Positions 38,216 through 52,670 of a stretch of DNA of 64,000 nucleotides are shown here, piece by piece. Made by a program: the position numbers and the translations under genes. The notes under the pieces were generated by a model that had not been told where the DNA came from, did not search any database, and saw nothing but the letters and a program-made list of their open reading frames with translations. Origin of the DNA: Rhina ancylostomus (lineage: Eukaryota); contig JARFYF010000053.1 in the NCBI GenBank assembly GCA_030265395.1, positions 18,125,675 through 18,189,674 on the forward strand, in the 5' to 3' direction. Every line of letters starts with the position of its first letter. Position 1 is the first letter of the stretch.

Positions 38216-41200
38216 TGTTCTGATGCTATACAGACTTGGAACTGTTGATTAAGATTGATGTTCAATTACATTGTGTTTAAAAACATTGGGACTTCTAGCT
38301 CAATACCTTTATCATGCCATTTCTCTGCTGCATCTCTTTGCTGCTCGGCCAGTGGTGGAGCCAGCTTCTCATGCTTGGGCTGCAAACTTCATTCTTGGTG
38401 TCTGGTGTTTGGGCTGTTTCGGGAGGCCTAACAAACTAAATCTTAGATATGGGGGGGCATTATTGTGCCAATATTCAGAGATTTTTGTGTATCAGTCATT
38501 TTCTCTTGCATTCCTTCTTTGGTATTTAATGTGAGGAGAAATTCATATTTGGCTGTTTGTGCTAAATACATGCAAGACCATCAGCTCCCAGCTTGATTCA
38601 GCTCCCAGATTTTTAGATACATTGACTTCAGTGGAAGTGACTGTGCTGGAAGTGAGGAGAATTGGCACCCTAGTGACCAAATAAGGGTTTCTCCCCACCA
38701 ACATAACTAATAAAATAAATTCCATCTGGTAGGTTTGATCTTGAAACAAAACAAGGCATTTGGTTGGTGTGATAGGAATAAAGGTTAATTTTGGCATTTG
38801 AGGTCAGCCTGGTTGGTTGGTTGTCATTTGTCAATCTCATTGATGGCAAAAACAATTTGAGTGAGAAGAGATTATATATTAATTTGTTTAAACCAGTGAC
38901 AGGAATGGAATAGGCTATTGTTGCAAAAGAGAAAACTACTAGCATGTCAAAATTGAATTATTTACTGATGATGATATTTTTTTCAGAACCACAGTTTTAC
39001 ATAGAAAGAGCAGAACTCCATGAGGATTGCCTTCTCAACCCCAAAACATTTTTAGTAAAGTCCTTGCAGCAACTAAACAAATTCTGCTCCACAATAAAAT
39101 CATCAAAAAATATTTTGAAGATTCTGTACATTTTTCTCCTTGATATCAATTATTTTCAGTTCACAGAAGGCCAAAAGCACAGATCACAGGATGTGTTTAT
39201 TTTGATACCTGAAAAAGCCTCTCACCATTCCAAGTGTTCATCATTTGTAACTTACTAAAAGCAAAGCATGTGTATTGGTGCCTACTTAGCCATGAGAAAT
39301 GTAATTGGCAGAATTCTTCCCCCCCCCCTTTGCAAGTGGCATACAAGGGATGTTAAAAACAGATCACAATTAACCATATTTTTTGGTTTGAGCAGTTTTT
39401 TTTCTATATTCTTGTAATCAGTAAGTTGTGTAAAACAGGAATATTTTTTAATTAAAGCATCAAAAAAGATCCTATTTTCACAATATGCAAATTATTCAAA
39501 GGCAATAGATATTACATGATTTCTTACATGTTTCACCACAGAAGGAGGCCACTTGGCCCAGGAGGTCCATGCCAGCTCTCAAGGAAGCAATTCCATTGGT
39601 CCCATTCTCCCTCTCCTTATTGCTTAATAACCATTCAAGTTTTCTCTCTCAAGTACCCATGAACTCCCCTTTTGATTCTTTTGATCACTTTTCTGCATCA
39701 AGAGATGATTTACCAAGAGCAATTAGCCCACCAGTTGTCTTTCACAACATTAAAATAACTTTCCAATATCATTCAACTCATTTAAAGACCAACGCTAAAA
39801 TATGGTTAGATGAGTAGTTTAAATCAAAGTCCTAAATACACTTAACAAATAACCAGTTTGGAATTCTTTCCTGCATAGTTTATTCACTGCAAAATGTTAG
39901 AGTTATTTTTGTCCTTAAATGATTAACTGAAAGTGATGGATGATACTCTGTTTTGTCCAATGAAGGGGAAACCACCTTTATCATCATGCAATTACTGCAC
40001 ATGGTGAGGTTTGCTGTTTTGCTAATCCTGCCTGCCTCTAGAGCAATGGAGCTTCTGAAATGGAAAATGAGTTTGCGGTCTAGTAACAGTTCAGGAATAA
40101 AGAAGTATTACTATGTAACAATGAAATGAACTAATATAAATCAGCAAATACTTAAAACTCAATGAAAAATTAACAAACCTAGGACTGTTTATTTAAACTG
40201 ATCCCTGGCCCATCTATAGAGACTGGTATAAAAGTTAAACATGTGGTTAATGTTCATTTCCTGTGCTTCAACTTAAAACTTGACACAATGCGCAAGTTGT
40301 GATCTTGAGTCAAAATCTGAATTTTAAAATGTTTCTTTCTGAACAGCCTCTACCTTTGCTTTTCACACTCCTGCCTATGGTAACAAAGTGATGCAGTCCT
40401 GCTGTTAGTGTGATTCAATTTAATAGGAAAAGCGAAATGCACAAAGCAAGATTTGCTCAGTGTGCACGTATTACTTTTCTATCATTATCCTACAAAGGGA
40501 TAATTTTAAACCTACTGAGTGACGGCAGTTAAAAATCCCTCAAGTGACCGACCCACCCTGAAGTTAATCAAGTCCCTTGACTGAATTTAAATGTGGCACA
40601 GCTGACTTGTCATGTGCATTAAAGGGAACTGGCATTTCTTTGGGAGGTGAATGCAAGTGCAGTGTTATGGGACAGATTTGAAATATTAGCCTTTAAATCC
40701 ACTGCAAAATGAGTGAACTCAGTGAAATCCAGGCAAGTATATTGTGAAACACAATGTCACTGCTTTCAAACTTTTAAATGTCTTCCCTCAGATCTGTGTG
40801 ACTATCAGTTTTAATTACTTAATTTTCCCTGCAATCCGTTCCTTGAAAATTCCTTTCAAGTCTACCCATAATGTTCTGCATTTTGAATGGAACCTTGTTG
40901 ATGGAGAGAGTATCTTTCTCTGGAATATCACGGGTTTGTACCTTGAACCTTTTGCCAGATTCAGTTGTCTTCCTTTCACATCTATTGAACAGGTGATACT
41001 CATACTAAATTCACTAACTGCCATATGACCATACCGCAGTCCAATATGGTATTAGAGTTGTGAATGTAATTTAATCTTATTTTTGTTTACTCATTTTTAA
41101 GTTATATTTTTAAAACAACACGCATTGTAATGACTAATAGTTTTCAAAAACATTGATTTCACAGAATAAGTTGATCAAAAAAAGTTATGCATTCTAATTC

Positions 41201-44200
41201 TTGCAATTTACTTTTCAGAACATCCTCTCTATGTACTTTAGTTAAAAAGGTGTATCATGTTCAGAAGAACTTATCATTAATATTCTGAATTGGAATTAAT
41301 TTTCTTCAACTCATTATGTTGTACATAAAATTTGCCAGTGATCCTCTCCTTCTGTAATTTGACACTGGTTGTAACACAAACCTTCAATGACTTGTTATTT
41401 AAAATGTCTAATTGCTCCATGCAATATGCATTACTTTCCTCTGATTTCCCCTAAAAAGCCCCATCGTAGTAGACCGTAATGTACTTATTTGTTAACAGTG
41501 CTACTTAAAAGGTCACATTTGAATGCAAGCCTTGGGTGCAGTCTGAGGTGAAGTGCACATACTTTACCTATCCTCTGATAATCAGATCATGACCTAGTTT
41601 CTTCCCACTTCCTTGCAAATAGTTATATTTACAGTGATTGCTTCTGACTGGTATTATTTGCAGTAAGTGGGTTTGAGAGACATGAATAGTGGTGGACAAC
41701 CTTTGGGCCATGGGAAGCTTGACAGGATATAAATCCTTCGGGGTCTAGGGAACGTTTGATCTCTCCTCTGCAGGCTGCTGATTTCACACTGAAGGAATGT
41801 CTGGACTCCAGGGTTCCGCCCACCCACAGAATCATTAGGGATGGGTGTAGGGTTCCATACAAATCGCCACAGGGGTTGTTAATCAGGTCAGAAGCCTCGG
41901 AAATGTAATGGGAAGTATTTCCAAAGTTTAAAATTTATGTTTTGGATGAATTTACACTCCCTGATAGAAAACAACAATCTTAAGAGACAAATATTCACTT
42001 TTGTTTACATTTTCTGTATTGCTTTAAAGCAATATTGTTAGGGTATTTGTCTTATTTAAAATACTTTTGATGATTTAATTTGAAATGATTACAATCTTTT
42101 GTTTCACCTCTACAGTGCAGATAAGTTTTTTAAAAAAGTCTCATTAATGACTTCCATTGACTCCACCTGACAAAAACAAATATAGTTTCTTGATTTTTCA
42201 ATATTATTTTTGAAAATGCTGTTCTTTTTCATAAAATCATCAACATGTATTATTCAGTTTCTTACTGTCTAGTTATAAATACAAAGATTTTAGCTTTAGA
42301 TGCTTCTATGAAACATCATACAAACTCTCCACAAGATGCAGCAACAAAATTAATACACTTGATCAAATCATACATTTTACCTTTTCAATAAATGCCTTTT
42401 GATATTTGAACTTCTTGAAATAAAATGCACTTTTGTAAGATGTTTCTCAAAGAGCTAATGTCTCAGAGTTTGACCTTCAGTCTACTTATGTGAGTGAAAG
42501 GTTTTGTTCCCCATTTTATGCCAGATCAATGTTTTGACATCTGAAGAAGGGAGGATCTGCTGCTGGGGAGGGCTTTGTGGAAGCACACTGGCAAATTTAC
42601 TGCCATGTTAATTGTGCTACCACCAACACAGCCAGCATTTGAAAGTAGTAAATGGACAGTGAAAGGGTCTCTACCAGGTGAAATATTTAATGCTCAATGT
42701 GAAAATGTGTAACATTTTGGAAAGAACAACTAAATGCTAAAATAAATCCATCTCCTACTTCAGATCCTTCACTTCAGCATGACTGCAGTTGGTTATAATT
42801 CTTGTTTCTAACCAGTGCAGGGCAGGACTCTGCTCGGTGATAAAATTAAAACCCGATCTAAACAATGGTCTGATACAGCCAATATAAACTCAACATGAGC
42901 CCAAGCACTTATAATTGCTCCAGCCCTGGCCTTGCCCAACTCAAACAGATCATCGCTGTAAATAAAGCATTTTTAAACACATGAAGCCAATCTTCCTGAC
43001 CTGGATAAAGTACTGAGCTGGGTCAGCATGGCATGGCTCCTCCTGAAGCTGACTGTTTAATCAGAGTATATAACTGACTTGTACTGAACCTGTCACAAAT
43101 AGTCAGATCCTGTTAGGCTTGGGTTTGACTACCCAGTCTTGAGTACAGGCACTGAAAACCAGTCCTCCAAGCGAACATCACAGTGAACATAGCTGAACAC
43201 ATAGGGCCACCAAGCTTATTTAAAGCATTTTCTTTACATTATGAGTTGCTATATAAAAAAATGAGATGCCATTTGAGCAATTCGTAGCACAAATCAAAAC
43301 TTGTTTATAATGGAAGGCCACCCGTGAGGGACTGCAGCGAATGCACTGACATCCAGCTGCTTAAAATGATTAAGGTTTAATGAGCAGAATAATATACGCA
43401 CTGAATAAAGAGCAATTAATAAACATTTAAGTGCCCCCTTAAAAAAATTGGTGTGAAATTCATTACACTTAATGTGAAAATTAAAATACTTAATAAAAGC
43501 ACTTTTGAGAGTAAGTGAAGAATACTTACTTACTGTACTACCACGACACTTTTAAAGTTGGGCAGTTTAATGGAGATGTGTGGAAACCACTGCATGCAAA
43601 TAGATATACTGGATATGAAAACAGAACATGCAGAGATTAATGTATAAAATAGGTGACCCCATAATTTAAACGTACATGTTACATAAGCTGTTTTCTCACA
43701 GCTCAATGAGAATTCCCAAGGTCCTTTCATGCTGCACTGTGAAGCAAATCCTGTTTCATGGCCAGTGGCTCTCAAAAGACAATGCAGACAGCATTCTGTC
43801 TGGAGGCTGCCACTCTGTGTGTGAATGGCAGTCATCTTTACAAGTTTCCAAGCAGCATCTGTTTAAAGGATCATTCACTGCTTCAACTCAACGCTTGCAA
43901 ACTCTGAAGACAAAGGGCTTCTGAAAAGAAGGTCAAGGATTCCTTGAAGTCTGCCCATACTATTTTTTTTGTTTTGTCTGGAAGAAGCTGAATGGAATTG
44001 TGAAGGGGAGGAACACCATGAGGATCAGCTAAAGATTCCCATTTGTCACCTCTTATTCTAATATATGTCGTTGGAAGAAAGAGTTGGAAATACTTGAGGA
44101 GCTTCAAAAGAATTTAACATTTAAATACAGAAATTGTATTTTTTAAGTGCCATGGCTTATAAGCCTTTGAAGAATTGTACTCACTCACATTTGCACTCAC

Positions 44201-45876
44201 ATTTTAAATTCAGGAGGTAAATTTGAAAAGCCTTCAAAATAAGGTGTGGGGATCACGATGCGTAATTAACCTGCGTTCATTTATTGCAATGCAAGCAGAA
44301 TGCCAACATTGTAGTGCCTGCTCATTTCAATGTCTTTCCATGACAAGCAGTTGGAATCAGTTGGCTGCCAGTCCAGTCCCAGTAAGAAGACTTGTCATCT
44401 GGAACCTATGAGATATTAACTGCTTTAATCTGAATCTGGTGGCATGCAGCATTTTGTTAGATAGATTGCAAGGATCATTAGAAGACACTCTGAATTTTGT
44501 CTTCCTTGTATATTCTGGCTTCAATAGTTAGATGTAGGTCTGACATCAGCGAGACCTGAACTTAAAACCCATTGAAGTCAAAGGCTGAATTTAAGTGGAC
44601 ATTGATTACTTGGATATTCTGAAATATTTCATCAAGAAAGTATATTGTGCAAGTTTTTTTGTTAAAAGCAACTGAATTTCAAAAATCATGCACCATTCTG
44701 ACACTGTTTTACTATATGTTATATTCAGGTCACTTTAAATAATTCATTTGTGCTCTAGACAAATAATATTATTCCCTGGGCTTGGCAGTTTGCCATGAAA
44801 CTGGTGGCAGGTGGGATGGAGATGGATTAGAATAACTGCTGCCAACAAAATTTGACACCTGCAGTACCATGAAGAAATAGACAGTCTACAAAATATATTA
44901 AAATAATTGCCTTCAGTAAAGATTGTACACTAGGGTGATAGTGGAACTGACAGTTCGTTGTTGGACAAAAACCATTCACCAGTTCAAACAATCAAAGNNN
45001 NNNNNNNNNNNNNNNNNNNNNNNNNNNNNNNNNNTCTCCAGCATTCCCAAGTCTTTCAAATTAACAATTAGTCATGGCAATTTTTGGGGAGAGATGAAGT
45101 TCAACAACTGACACAGTAACATTCTATATGTGACTATTAATCTCATCATGCAGGCTTTAACAGATGTCCCTCCATTACCACCATTATGTCTAGACTTTGG
45201 TATCCTTATCTCTTCTTCATTGTCCTCAATACATGTATCAATTGTTTACATTTAATATTGCTAACGTGTAATGTCTTTAATTTTGTAATTCACTCACGGT
45301 CATAATGCAGTTTGTCCAACAGGTAAATATTATCAATCTGCAGTTTTCAATCTTTCCCTTATTAGTTGCACATACTTTTATGCATCTTAATTTCTCTTAT
45401 AACCACTCAAATATTCTCTGTGTTTTGAACCTGCTAGCAAAGCTGATACCTGTTGAATCGAAGTATCCTTACAATACTGAAGTGGTGTTGAGGCATATAC
45501 CATATTGTCATTATAGGTCCATTTAAATGTACCCAACCATGTTTAATTGGGTACTACTGGTGTTAAACAGAAATGATACTTGACAGATCAGATTTTCTGC
45601 ATCCATAATCTATCCTCTCTCCATCCTGGTACCAACAGAAGAGAAGGGACACTAAAACTGAGGGAATCCTTGCTATTGACATTTAAATGATGCAAAAATT
45701 TGGAAGTGATCACATATTTCCATCAGAAAGCTCCTTATTTTCAGGAATGACCAGTTCTTCTCCTGAATGCAGCTGATTTTGTAAATGTATGCCAACGACA
45801 TAAACGTATGAGCTCGGTCAATTATCTAAGTGAAAATATTATGACTGACAGGAAAAACTTCAGAGAGCATAACATG

Positions 45877-45960
45877 AAGATGCTGCCTGGCCTGCTGAAT
45901 TCCTCCAGCATCATTAAGTCTTTCATCTAGATTCTAGCATCTGCAGTTCTTTGTTTCTCT
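45877..45960 (+). mobile_element. PLE terminal tail lacking the hammerhead part
   Basis: agatgctgcctggcctgctgaattcctccagcatc...ttcatctagattctagcatctgcag, close match to 301-385. Confidence 0.75.
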
Positions 45961-46047
45961 TGTGTTTCAATAACATGAAGATTTCCTGAACTCCTCATCT
46001 CCCATTAATGCTTCCAATAGGAAATTTACAATGGAATTATGGAAATG

Positions 46048-47260
46048 CAATTGGTTTATTATTGTCACTTGTACCAAGGTACAGTGAAAAACTTGTCTTG
46101 CATACTGTTCATACAGATCAATTCATNNNNNNNNNNNNNNNNNNNNNNNNNNNNNNNNNNNNNNNNNNNNNNNNNNNNNNNNNNNNNNNNNNNNNNNNNN
46201 NNNNNNNNNNNNNNNNNNNNNNNNNNNNNNNNNNNNNNNNNNNNNNNNNNNNNNNNNNNNNNNNNNNNNNNNNNNNNNNNNNNNNNNNNNNNNNNNNNNN
46301 NNNNNNNNNNNNNNNNNNNNNNNNNNNNNNNNNNNNNNNNNNNNNNNNNNNNNNNNNNNNNNNNNNNNNNNNNNNNNNNNNNNNNNNNNNNNNNNNNNNN
46401 NNNNNNNNNNNNNNNNNNNNNNNNNNNNNNNNNNNNNNNNNNNNNNNNNNNNNNNNNNNNNNNNNNNNNNNNNNNNNNNNNNNNNNNNNNNNNNNNNNNN
46501 NNNNNNNNNNNNNNNNNNNNNNNNNNNNNNNNNNNNNNNNNNNNNNNNNNNNNNNNNNNNNNNNNNNNNNNNNNNNNNNNNNNNNNNNNNNNNNNNNNNN
46601 NNNNNNNNNNNNNNNNNNNNNNNNNNNNNNNNNNNNNNNNNNNNNNNNNNNNNNNNNNNNNNNNNNNNNNNNNNNNNNNNNNNNNNNNNNNNNNNNNNNN
46701 NNNNNNNNNNNNNNNNNNNNNNNNNNNNNNNNNNNNNNNNNNNNNNNNNNNNNNNNNNNNNNNNNNNNNNNNNNNNNNNNNNNNNNNNNNNNNNNNNNNN
46801 NNNNNNNNNNNNNNNNNNNNNNNNNNNNNNNNNNNNNNNNNNNNNNNNNNNNNNNNNNNNNNNNNNNNNNNNNNNNNNNNNNNNNNNNNNNNNNNNNNNN
46901 NNNNNNNNNNNNNNNNNNNNNNNNNNNNNNNNNNNNNNNNNNNNNNNNNNNNNNNNNNNNNNNNNNNNNNNNNNNNNNNNNNNNNNNNNNNNNNNNNNNN
47001 NNNNNNNNNNNNNNNNNNNNNNNNNNNNNNNNNNNNNNNNNNNNNNNNNNNNNNNNNNNNNNNNNNNNNNNNNNNNNNNNNNNNNNNNNNNNNNNNNNNN
47101 NNNNNNNNNNNNNNNNNNNNNNNAGTCAAGGATCCAGTTACAGAGGGAGGTGTTGAGTCCTAGGTCTCGGAGTTTGGTGACAAGTTTGCTTGGGATTATT
47201 ATGTTGAAGGCAGAGCTGTAGTCAATAAACAATAGTCTAACATCGGTGTCTTTACTGGAT
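46048..47260 (-). mobile_element. Rex1/Babar LINE (RT plus 3' end; middle in a 1-kb gap)
   Basis: [43 protein letters not shown]; tail at 46048-46126 matches the other Rex1 tails. Confidence 0.9.
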
Positions 47261-48669
47261 ATCTCATAATAAACATGTTTGACTGTTAAAATTAATATAG
47301 AATTAATGTTGTGTTTCCAACTCTTGAGAGATGGCTTTTCCTCTTCACACACTGCATGAAACATTACTCTTCCAGACCCAGTAATAATTTGTAATCCAAT
47401 CCAAAGATAGAAATGTACTCAGTAGTTGCTTTGATGAAATTCAGGGGAACATTGCCCAAGAAATATATCAAATATTATGAGGAAATTATGTCACTTTCTT
47501 TCAGATCATTCAATGAATTGGTTTTAAGATGATGAGCAGTTTCATATTTACATATTAAGAGAATGGTGGTTAAGTTACTGACTGGTGGCCTTAGTTCTGG
47601 ATCATGGCAGTTGGTAAATTTAAATAAATTGAGATTTATTAAAAAGAAGATAACCTCAGTATTGGTAACCATGGAACCTCTTATAAAGAAAAATATTTTA
47701 GTTAACGTATGCCCCTGCTGCCACAAAAGCTTTAATGATAGCAATTTGTAAATTCAACTTTTCCAATTCAATATGTACTCAACACTTCTACAGCTATTGC
47801 TTGGGATGATGTAAATTCTTGCAGATCTGCTCTATAATGGCCCTTTTCTCCCAAAAATATGGTGAACTTGTTTATTTAGGAAGCCATAACTGCAAGAGAA
47901 GACTCATGGAAACACTGTGAATGGTTTGACTTAGTAGAAATAAAACTTCATTTGAAAATAAATTTTGCCTTGGAATAGGAACTGAAACCTGAATACTTGA
48001 ATCAGTTTTAAAGCCCTTGCCTGCAGATTGGTAATTAGATTATGCATTTGATGTGTTGTGATTGGCTGTCTAATGGGCAGCAATCACCCAAAGGATCCCA
48101 CACACTAAGAATATTATTATAAGAATGTAATATAGAAGTAATGATGGGTGATATGCCTACTCAAGGCTTCAATACAGCCTTAAAACTCTGTTTGGGACTT
48201 TAAGCAATAATCGGGTCATTTAATCAGATTAAGCTTTAGTCCACTGCCTGTTCCAGTCTCAACAACAAGACAGCTGAAGGCTAAATCTATGGAACAATCA
48301 AAGCAGATTGCAACAACTATAAATGGAAAGCAAAGCATTTGCATTTTGAGTTAAATACTGTAATCAGCTGGTTCCACAACTTGTAGAGAATTTCATTGTG
48401 TTTGCTAAAGCTGCTCAAATTCCAGCTTTTTAAAGCCATTTGGAAATGCATATGTTAAAATAATGGTTTATTAAAACCATGTGTATTTAGGACTTAAAAT
48501 TGTTCCTCAAAGGACAGAATAAACCAAAAAAAGAATGTTGACTTGTCTTGATAATCAATGAAATGCACAAACACTTGGTGCGGAGAAATCCTAAAATCAG
48601 CCATGATCTTGAATTGTGGAACAGATTTGAGGGAGCAAATACCCTTCCCCTGCTTCCTGTTCTTATGCA

Positions 48670-49040
48670 ATAAAAACAGAAAATGATGGAAACACTCAGC
48701 AGGTCAGGCAGCCTCCATGGAAAGAGAATCACCAGAGTTAATGGTTCAGGTCCAAGATAGCTTTAAGTTGCAAAAAAAAGGCAGGGGATAATGGGGGAGG
48801 ACAAAGGGAAAATCTGTGACTGGATGAGGCCATGGTTGCCATGGGGAATATTGGCAATCGATGGGGGTAAGATGATTATGCAGACATAGGAGCAAATATG
48901 TTATGAAAAGCAGGGCTAAAAGAAATGTCCAGTTGGTCAGACCATGCTAATGGAGAGAAACTTTGTTTCTTTTTCCACAGATGCTGCCACAACTGCTGAG
49001 TGTTTCCATTGTTTTCTGCATTCATTTCAGATTTTTAACT
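48670..49040. mobile_element. Inverted pair of PLE-type termini
   Basis: cagaaaatgatggaaacactcagcaggtcaggcagc...ggaaagagaa versus ttctttttccacagatgctgccacaactgctgagtgtttccattgttttctg. Confidence 0.7.
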
Positions 49041-49496
49041 TCTGCAGTTTTTTTTTTGTTTTCTGTTCATTATGTTTTCATGTCCCAGACCTTCCTCTCT
49101 GGTTGTGGAATAAGAAATAGGTTCAGAAACATCCAATGCTAATCCCATATTTAAACAGAATACTGCTGAAACAGAATTGTATGAGTACTCAGAGAATGAA
49201 AATTCTGGTGTGCAGTCAGAAATTGTCTGTTTCAATCAAACAATGGTGTGGGAAAACAGGGAATAATAAACACTCACGTTTATTATTTTGCATTATTACA
49301 TAAAGACATGTCAATTCAATTAAGTAAATCTAATCATAGCTATTGCTTTTCATCTTATTTTGTATTCTGAGAAATAAAACAGTCAAACATTTCATTCTTG
49401 TTTCACTGACATAAGAAATAACTTGTCTTTTGACGGATTGGGGAAGCATACTTGAAAGAAGACACAACTTCGGATGCCTCTGGTTAGAAGACTGCA

Positions 49497-49953
49497 AAGT
49501 CAAAGTTGAGTTGATTGTCATATGCACAAGTACACACAGTATATGCACAGGTTGCAATGGAAAACCTGCTTGCAGCAGCATCACATACAGTATATAAGCA
49601 GCCTTCATAAGAAAAACATAAGTTAAATATAAATTATACATAATTTTTACAAAAAAAACACAATTAGAACAAAAAAAAACAAAGTCTATTTTAGTGTAAA
49701 GTGATCAGAGTGGTCATAGTGTTTCAAAACTGTAGTGGTGTTTGCCCTTGNNNNNNNNNNNNNNNNNNNNNNNNNNNNNNNNNNNNNNNNNNNNNNNNNN
49801 NNNNNNNNNNNNNNNNNNNNNNNNNNNNNNNNNNNNNNNNNNNNNNNNNNTACAAAAAAAACACAATTAGAACAAAAAAAAACAAAGTCTATTTTAGTGC
49901 AAAGTGATCAGAGTGGTCATAGTGTTTCAAAACTGTAGTGGTGTTTGCCCTTG
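49497..49953 (-). mobile_element. Rex1-like 3' end (different subfamily); last ~100 bp duplicated across the gap
   Basis: caaagtcaaagttgagttgattgtcatatgcacaag...aatggaaaacctgcttgcagcagcatcac is a tail-like sequence; 49648-49750 is repeated at 49851-49953. Confidence 0.6.
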
Positions 49954-51739
49954 TGTTCTGCAATATTATGCTGTGAAAGTTAGCTGTACTTGACATCTTT
50001 GAACCTTAGTGGCACATCAAAATTTGTAATAACAAGTCCCTCACAATTGCCTTCATGCTGGAATAAATTAAAAATGATGGACCAAAAACAGTGCTAAAAT
50101 AATTGATAACTGTATCTCATAGCCATTAAAAATTCAACACCTTTTAGTGGTCTGATTGCCTTTATAGAGTTTTTGTACTGTTGCTGTTTAACAATGTCGA
50201 ATGCATTTGCTAGATGTGTTACTTTACCAATATTTGGCCAACAATCTGAAGATAACATTTAATTGAGGCATCTACTGAAAGACTTTGAATGTTTCCACTT
50301 CACAGTTTCATTTTGGAACCAAGTATCTTCACACTGTTGTTAGATCTAGCATGTTAAAATTGAAGCCTTGGTGGTCAACATTGGTATAGTTTAGAACTAA
50401 GTGGTTATTGGCAGGTGAATACAGTACTTGGCTCAGTTTTGCAAGGATGATACATCAGTGTATATTCAGATACAGAACTCTGTAACTACAGGAGGTACAC
50501 GAGAGTCAGAGAGTCATACAGCATGGAAACAGGCCACTTGGACCACTATATCCACATTGACCAGTGGGCACCAATGGTCAGAGCAGAAAATTGTAACTAC
50601 TGATTAAAGAGAAGGAAAAATTCCTTGGAAATTTTCAGCAAACATCTATTCAGCGGCTTTAGTGAAGGATGAAAGGATGCTCATAATCAGATTTTTTAAA
50701 TCACGAAGTTCCTGGTGTATTCACAGAAATACTATGGCAGAGAAGGAAGTAACTGAGCCTATCCAGCTCCTTGTAGAGAGGTCTATTGAATCCAAATACC
50801 CCATGGGCCTCTTTCCCCATCGGCCTGCAAAATTATTTTCCCTCAAATGCCCCAACAATTTCCTTTTGAGATCCCTGATTAACAGCATTTCATTGAGTTC
50901 AAGATCATAAATGATTGGCATAACACTGCTGCCATTCCTGTCATACTTTTGCACTCACGTTGAATCTGTGTCTCATCTATTAATGGGATAGTCTTTTTGT
51001 TTCATTCGTTCACATTTAATAATTTAGACACATTCTTTAGTATTAACAACATTTTGATATTTTGGACAATGAGGTGCTGAAGCTTTGCATGTTGTTCCCC
51101 TAGCTGCTTCCTGATTGTTTTAGATGAATAAAGTAATTTAAAACAGCTTTATAAACATTGAATCAGATTAAAGTAAACACTCTAAATCAGGAGAATAGAG
51201 TCCCTTTAAACCCCTGATTTAAATCACCTGATGTCAAACCTTTTTGAAATTCAATAAGTAATGGATCCTTATAATAAAATTATGATGTTCAATGCCTTAA
51301 TGCATAAAGAACTACACCCAATTTAAAATCCTTCTCTCTATTTAACTCATGATACCTTACAAGGAACATAACTTAAGCAATTAAGTTTATGGTACTGGTT
51401 TGGGTTGTTAAATTTTTCAGTCTTTGGTTTTAAATAGAGTCCCTCCAGATGCCAGAAATGAAAGAACGTGTATTAGTTGCAAGACTTCCTTTAAGTTTGA
51501 AATTTTCATTGTTGTCAGATCATAGAAAGGTATGGTGAAGAAGGAGGCCATTCAGTCCCTTTCTATCTGTGCTGGATCTTTTTAAGACCTATTCAATTAC
51601 CCTCACAACTCCCTTCTTTCCCCATATTTATCAAATCCTCTGTTGAACATTACAACTCAACCTGCTTCCATTACCTTTCAAAGAAAGGCACTGCAGGACA
51701 AAATGAACTATTACATTTTAAACAAAAGGCCAGAGAATA

Positions 51740-52670
51740 ATAGAGATGTACAGCACAGAGTGGGCTCTTTGGGCTACTGCATCCAAGTCAACCTTTTTGC
51801 CCATCTATATTAATCCAATTTGCCCACATTTGATCCGTATTCTTCCATGCCTTGCCTTTTTAAGCGCCTGTCTAAATGTAGTGATTGTACCTGATTCCAC
51901 CATCTCATCTTGGTGGCACAGTAGTGTAGTGGTTAGCGTAACACAATTACAGTGCCAGTGACCTGGGTTCAATTCCTACCGCTGTCTGTAAGGAGTTTGT
52001 ATGTTCTCCCCGTGTCTGCGTGTGTTTCGTCTGAGTGTTCCGGTTTCCTCCCACATTCCAAAGACATTCAGGTTAGGAGCTGTGGGCATGCTATGTTGGC
52101 ACCAGAAAAGTGACGAAACTTGCGGGTTCGCCCAGCACATTCTCAGTGACACAAAAAGACACATTTAACTGTGTGTTTCGATGTACATGTGACTAATAAA
52201 TAAATATCTATCTTATATTATCTGGCAGTTTCTTCCAGATATCAACTGGTGAATCTCCTCTGTACTCTCTCCAGTGCAAACACATCCTTCCTATAGAGTG
52301 GTGACCAGAAATGCACACAATACTCCATGCAGTCTAACCAATGTTTTGTAAAGTTACAGCATTATTTCCCAAGTCTGATATTCTATGCTCTGACTAATGA
52401 TGGCAAGCATGCCATACACCTTCTTCACCAACCTGTCTACCTGTATTTCTACTTTCCGGGAACTATGGACTTGAACTCCAATGTTCCCCTGTTCATCAAC
52501 ATTCCTTGGTGTCCTACTGTTTATTGTATATTTTCTACCCTTATGTGAGTTCCCAAAATGCATCTCCTTTCACTTATCAAGATTAAATTCCATCTGCCAA
52601 CACATTGCCCAACTTTCCATCTGATCTCTATCCTACTGTAGCCTTGGACAATCTTCCTTACTGTAAGCAA
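51740..52670 (-). mobile_element. CR1 3' end interrupted by a SINE
   Basis: Minus strand reads GVQVHSSRKVEIQVDRLVKKVYGMLAIISQSIEY; tail at ~51745. Confidence 0.85.
51911..52220 (+). mobile_element. Full-length V-SINE with Rex1-like tail
   Basis: A box tagtgtagtgg (51922), B box ggttcaattcc (51966), V-domain, tail actgtgtgtttcgatgtacatgtgactaataaa. Confidence 0.9.

Noticed and set aside
46008-47364. Longest ORFs in the track (350-413 aa), also 33208-33929
   Set aside because: They run through N gaps; the only meaningful part is a Rex1 RT fragment.
49648-49953. ~100 bp tandem duplication
   Set aside because: The copies directly flank a 100-N gap and are almost identical, so this is most likely an unmerged contig or haplotype overlap.
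51911-51985. tRNA-like sequence with A and B boxes (also ~28400-28481 and ~62940-63010)
   Set aside because: These are SINE heads followed by V-domain and LINE tails, not tRNA genes.
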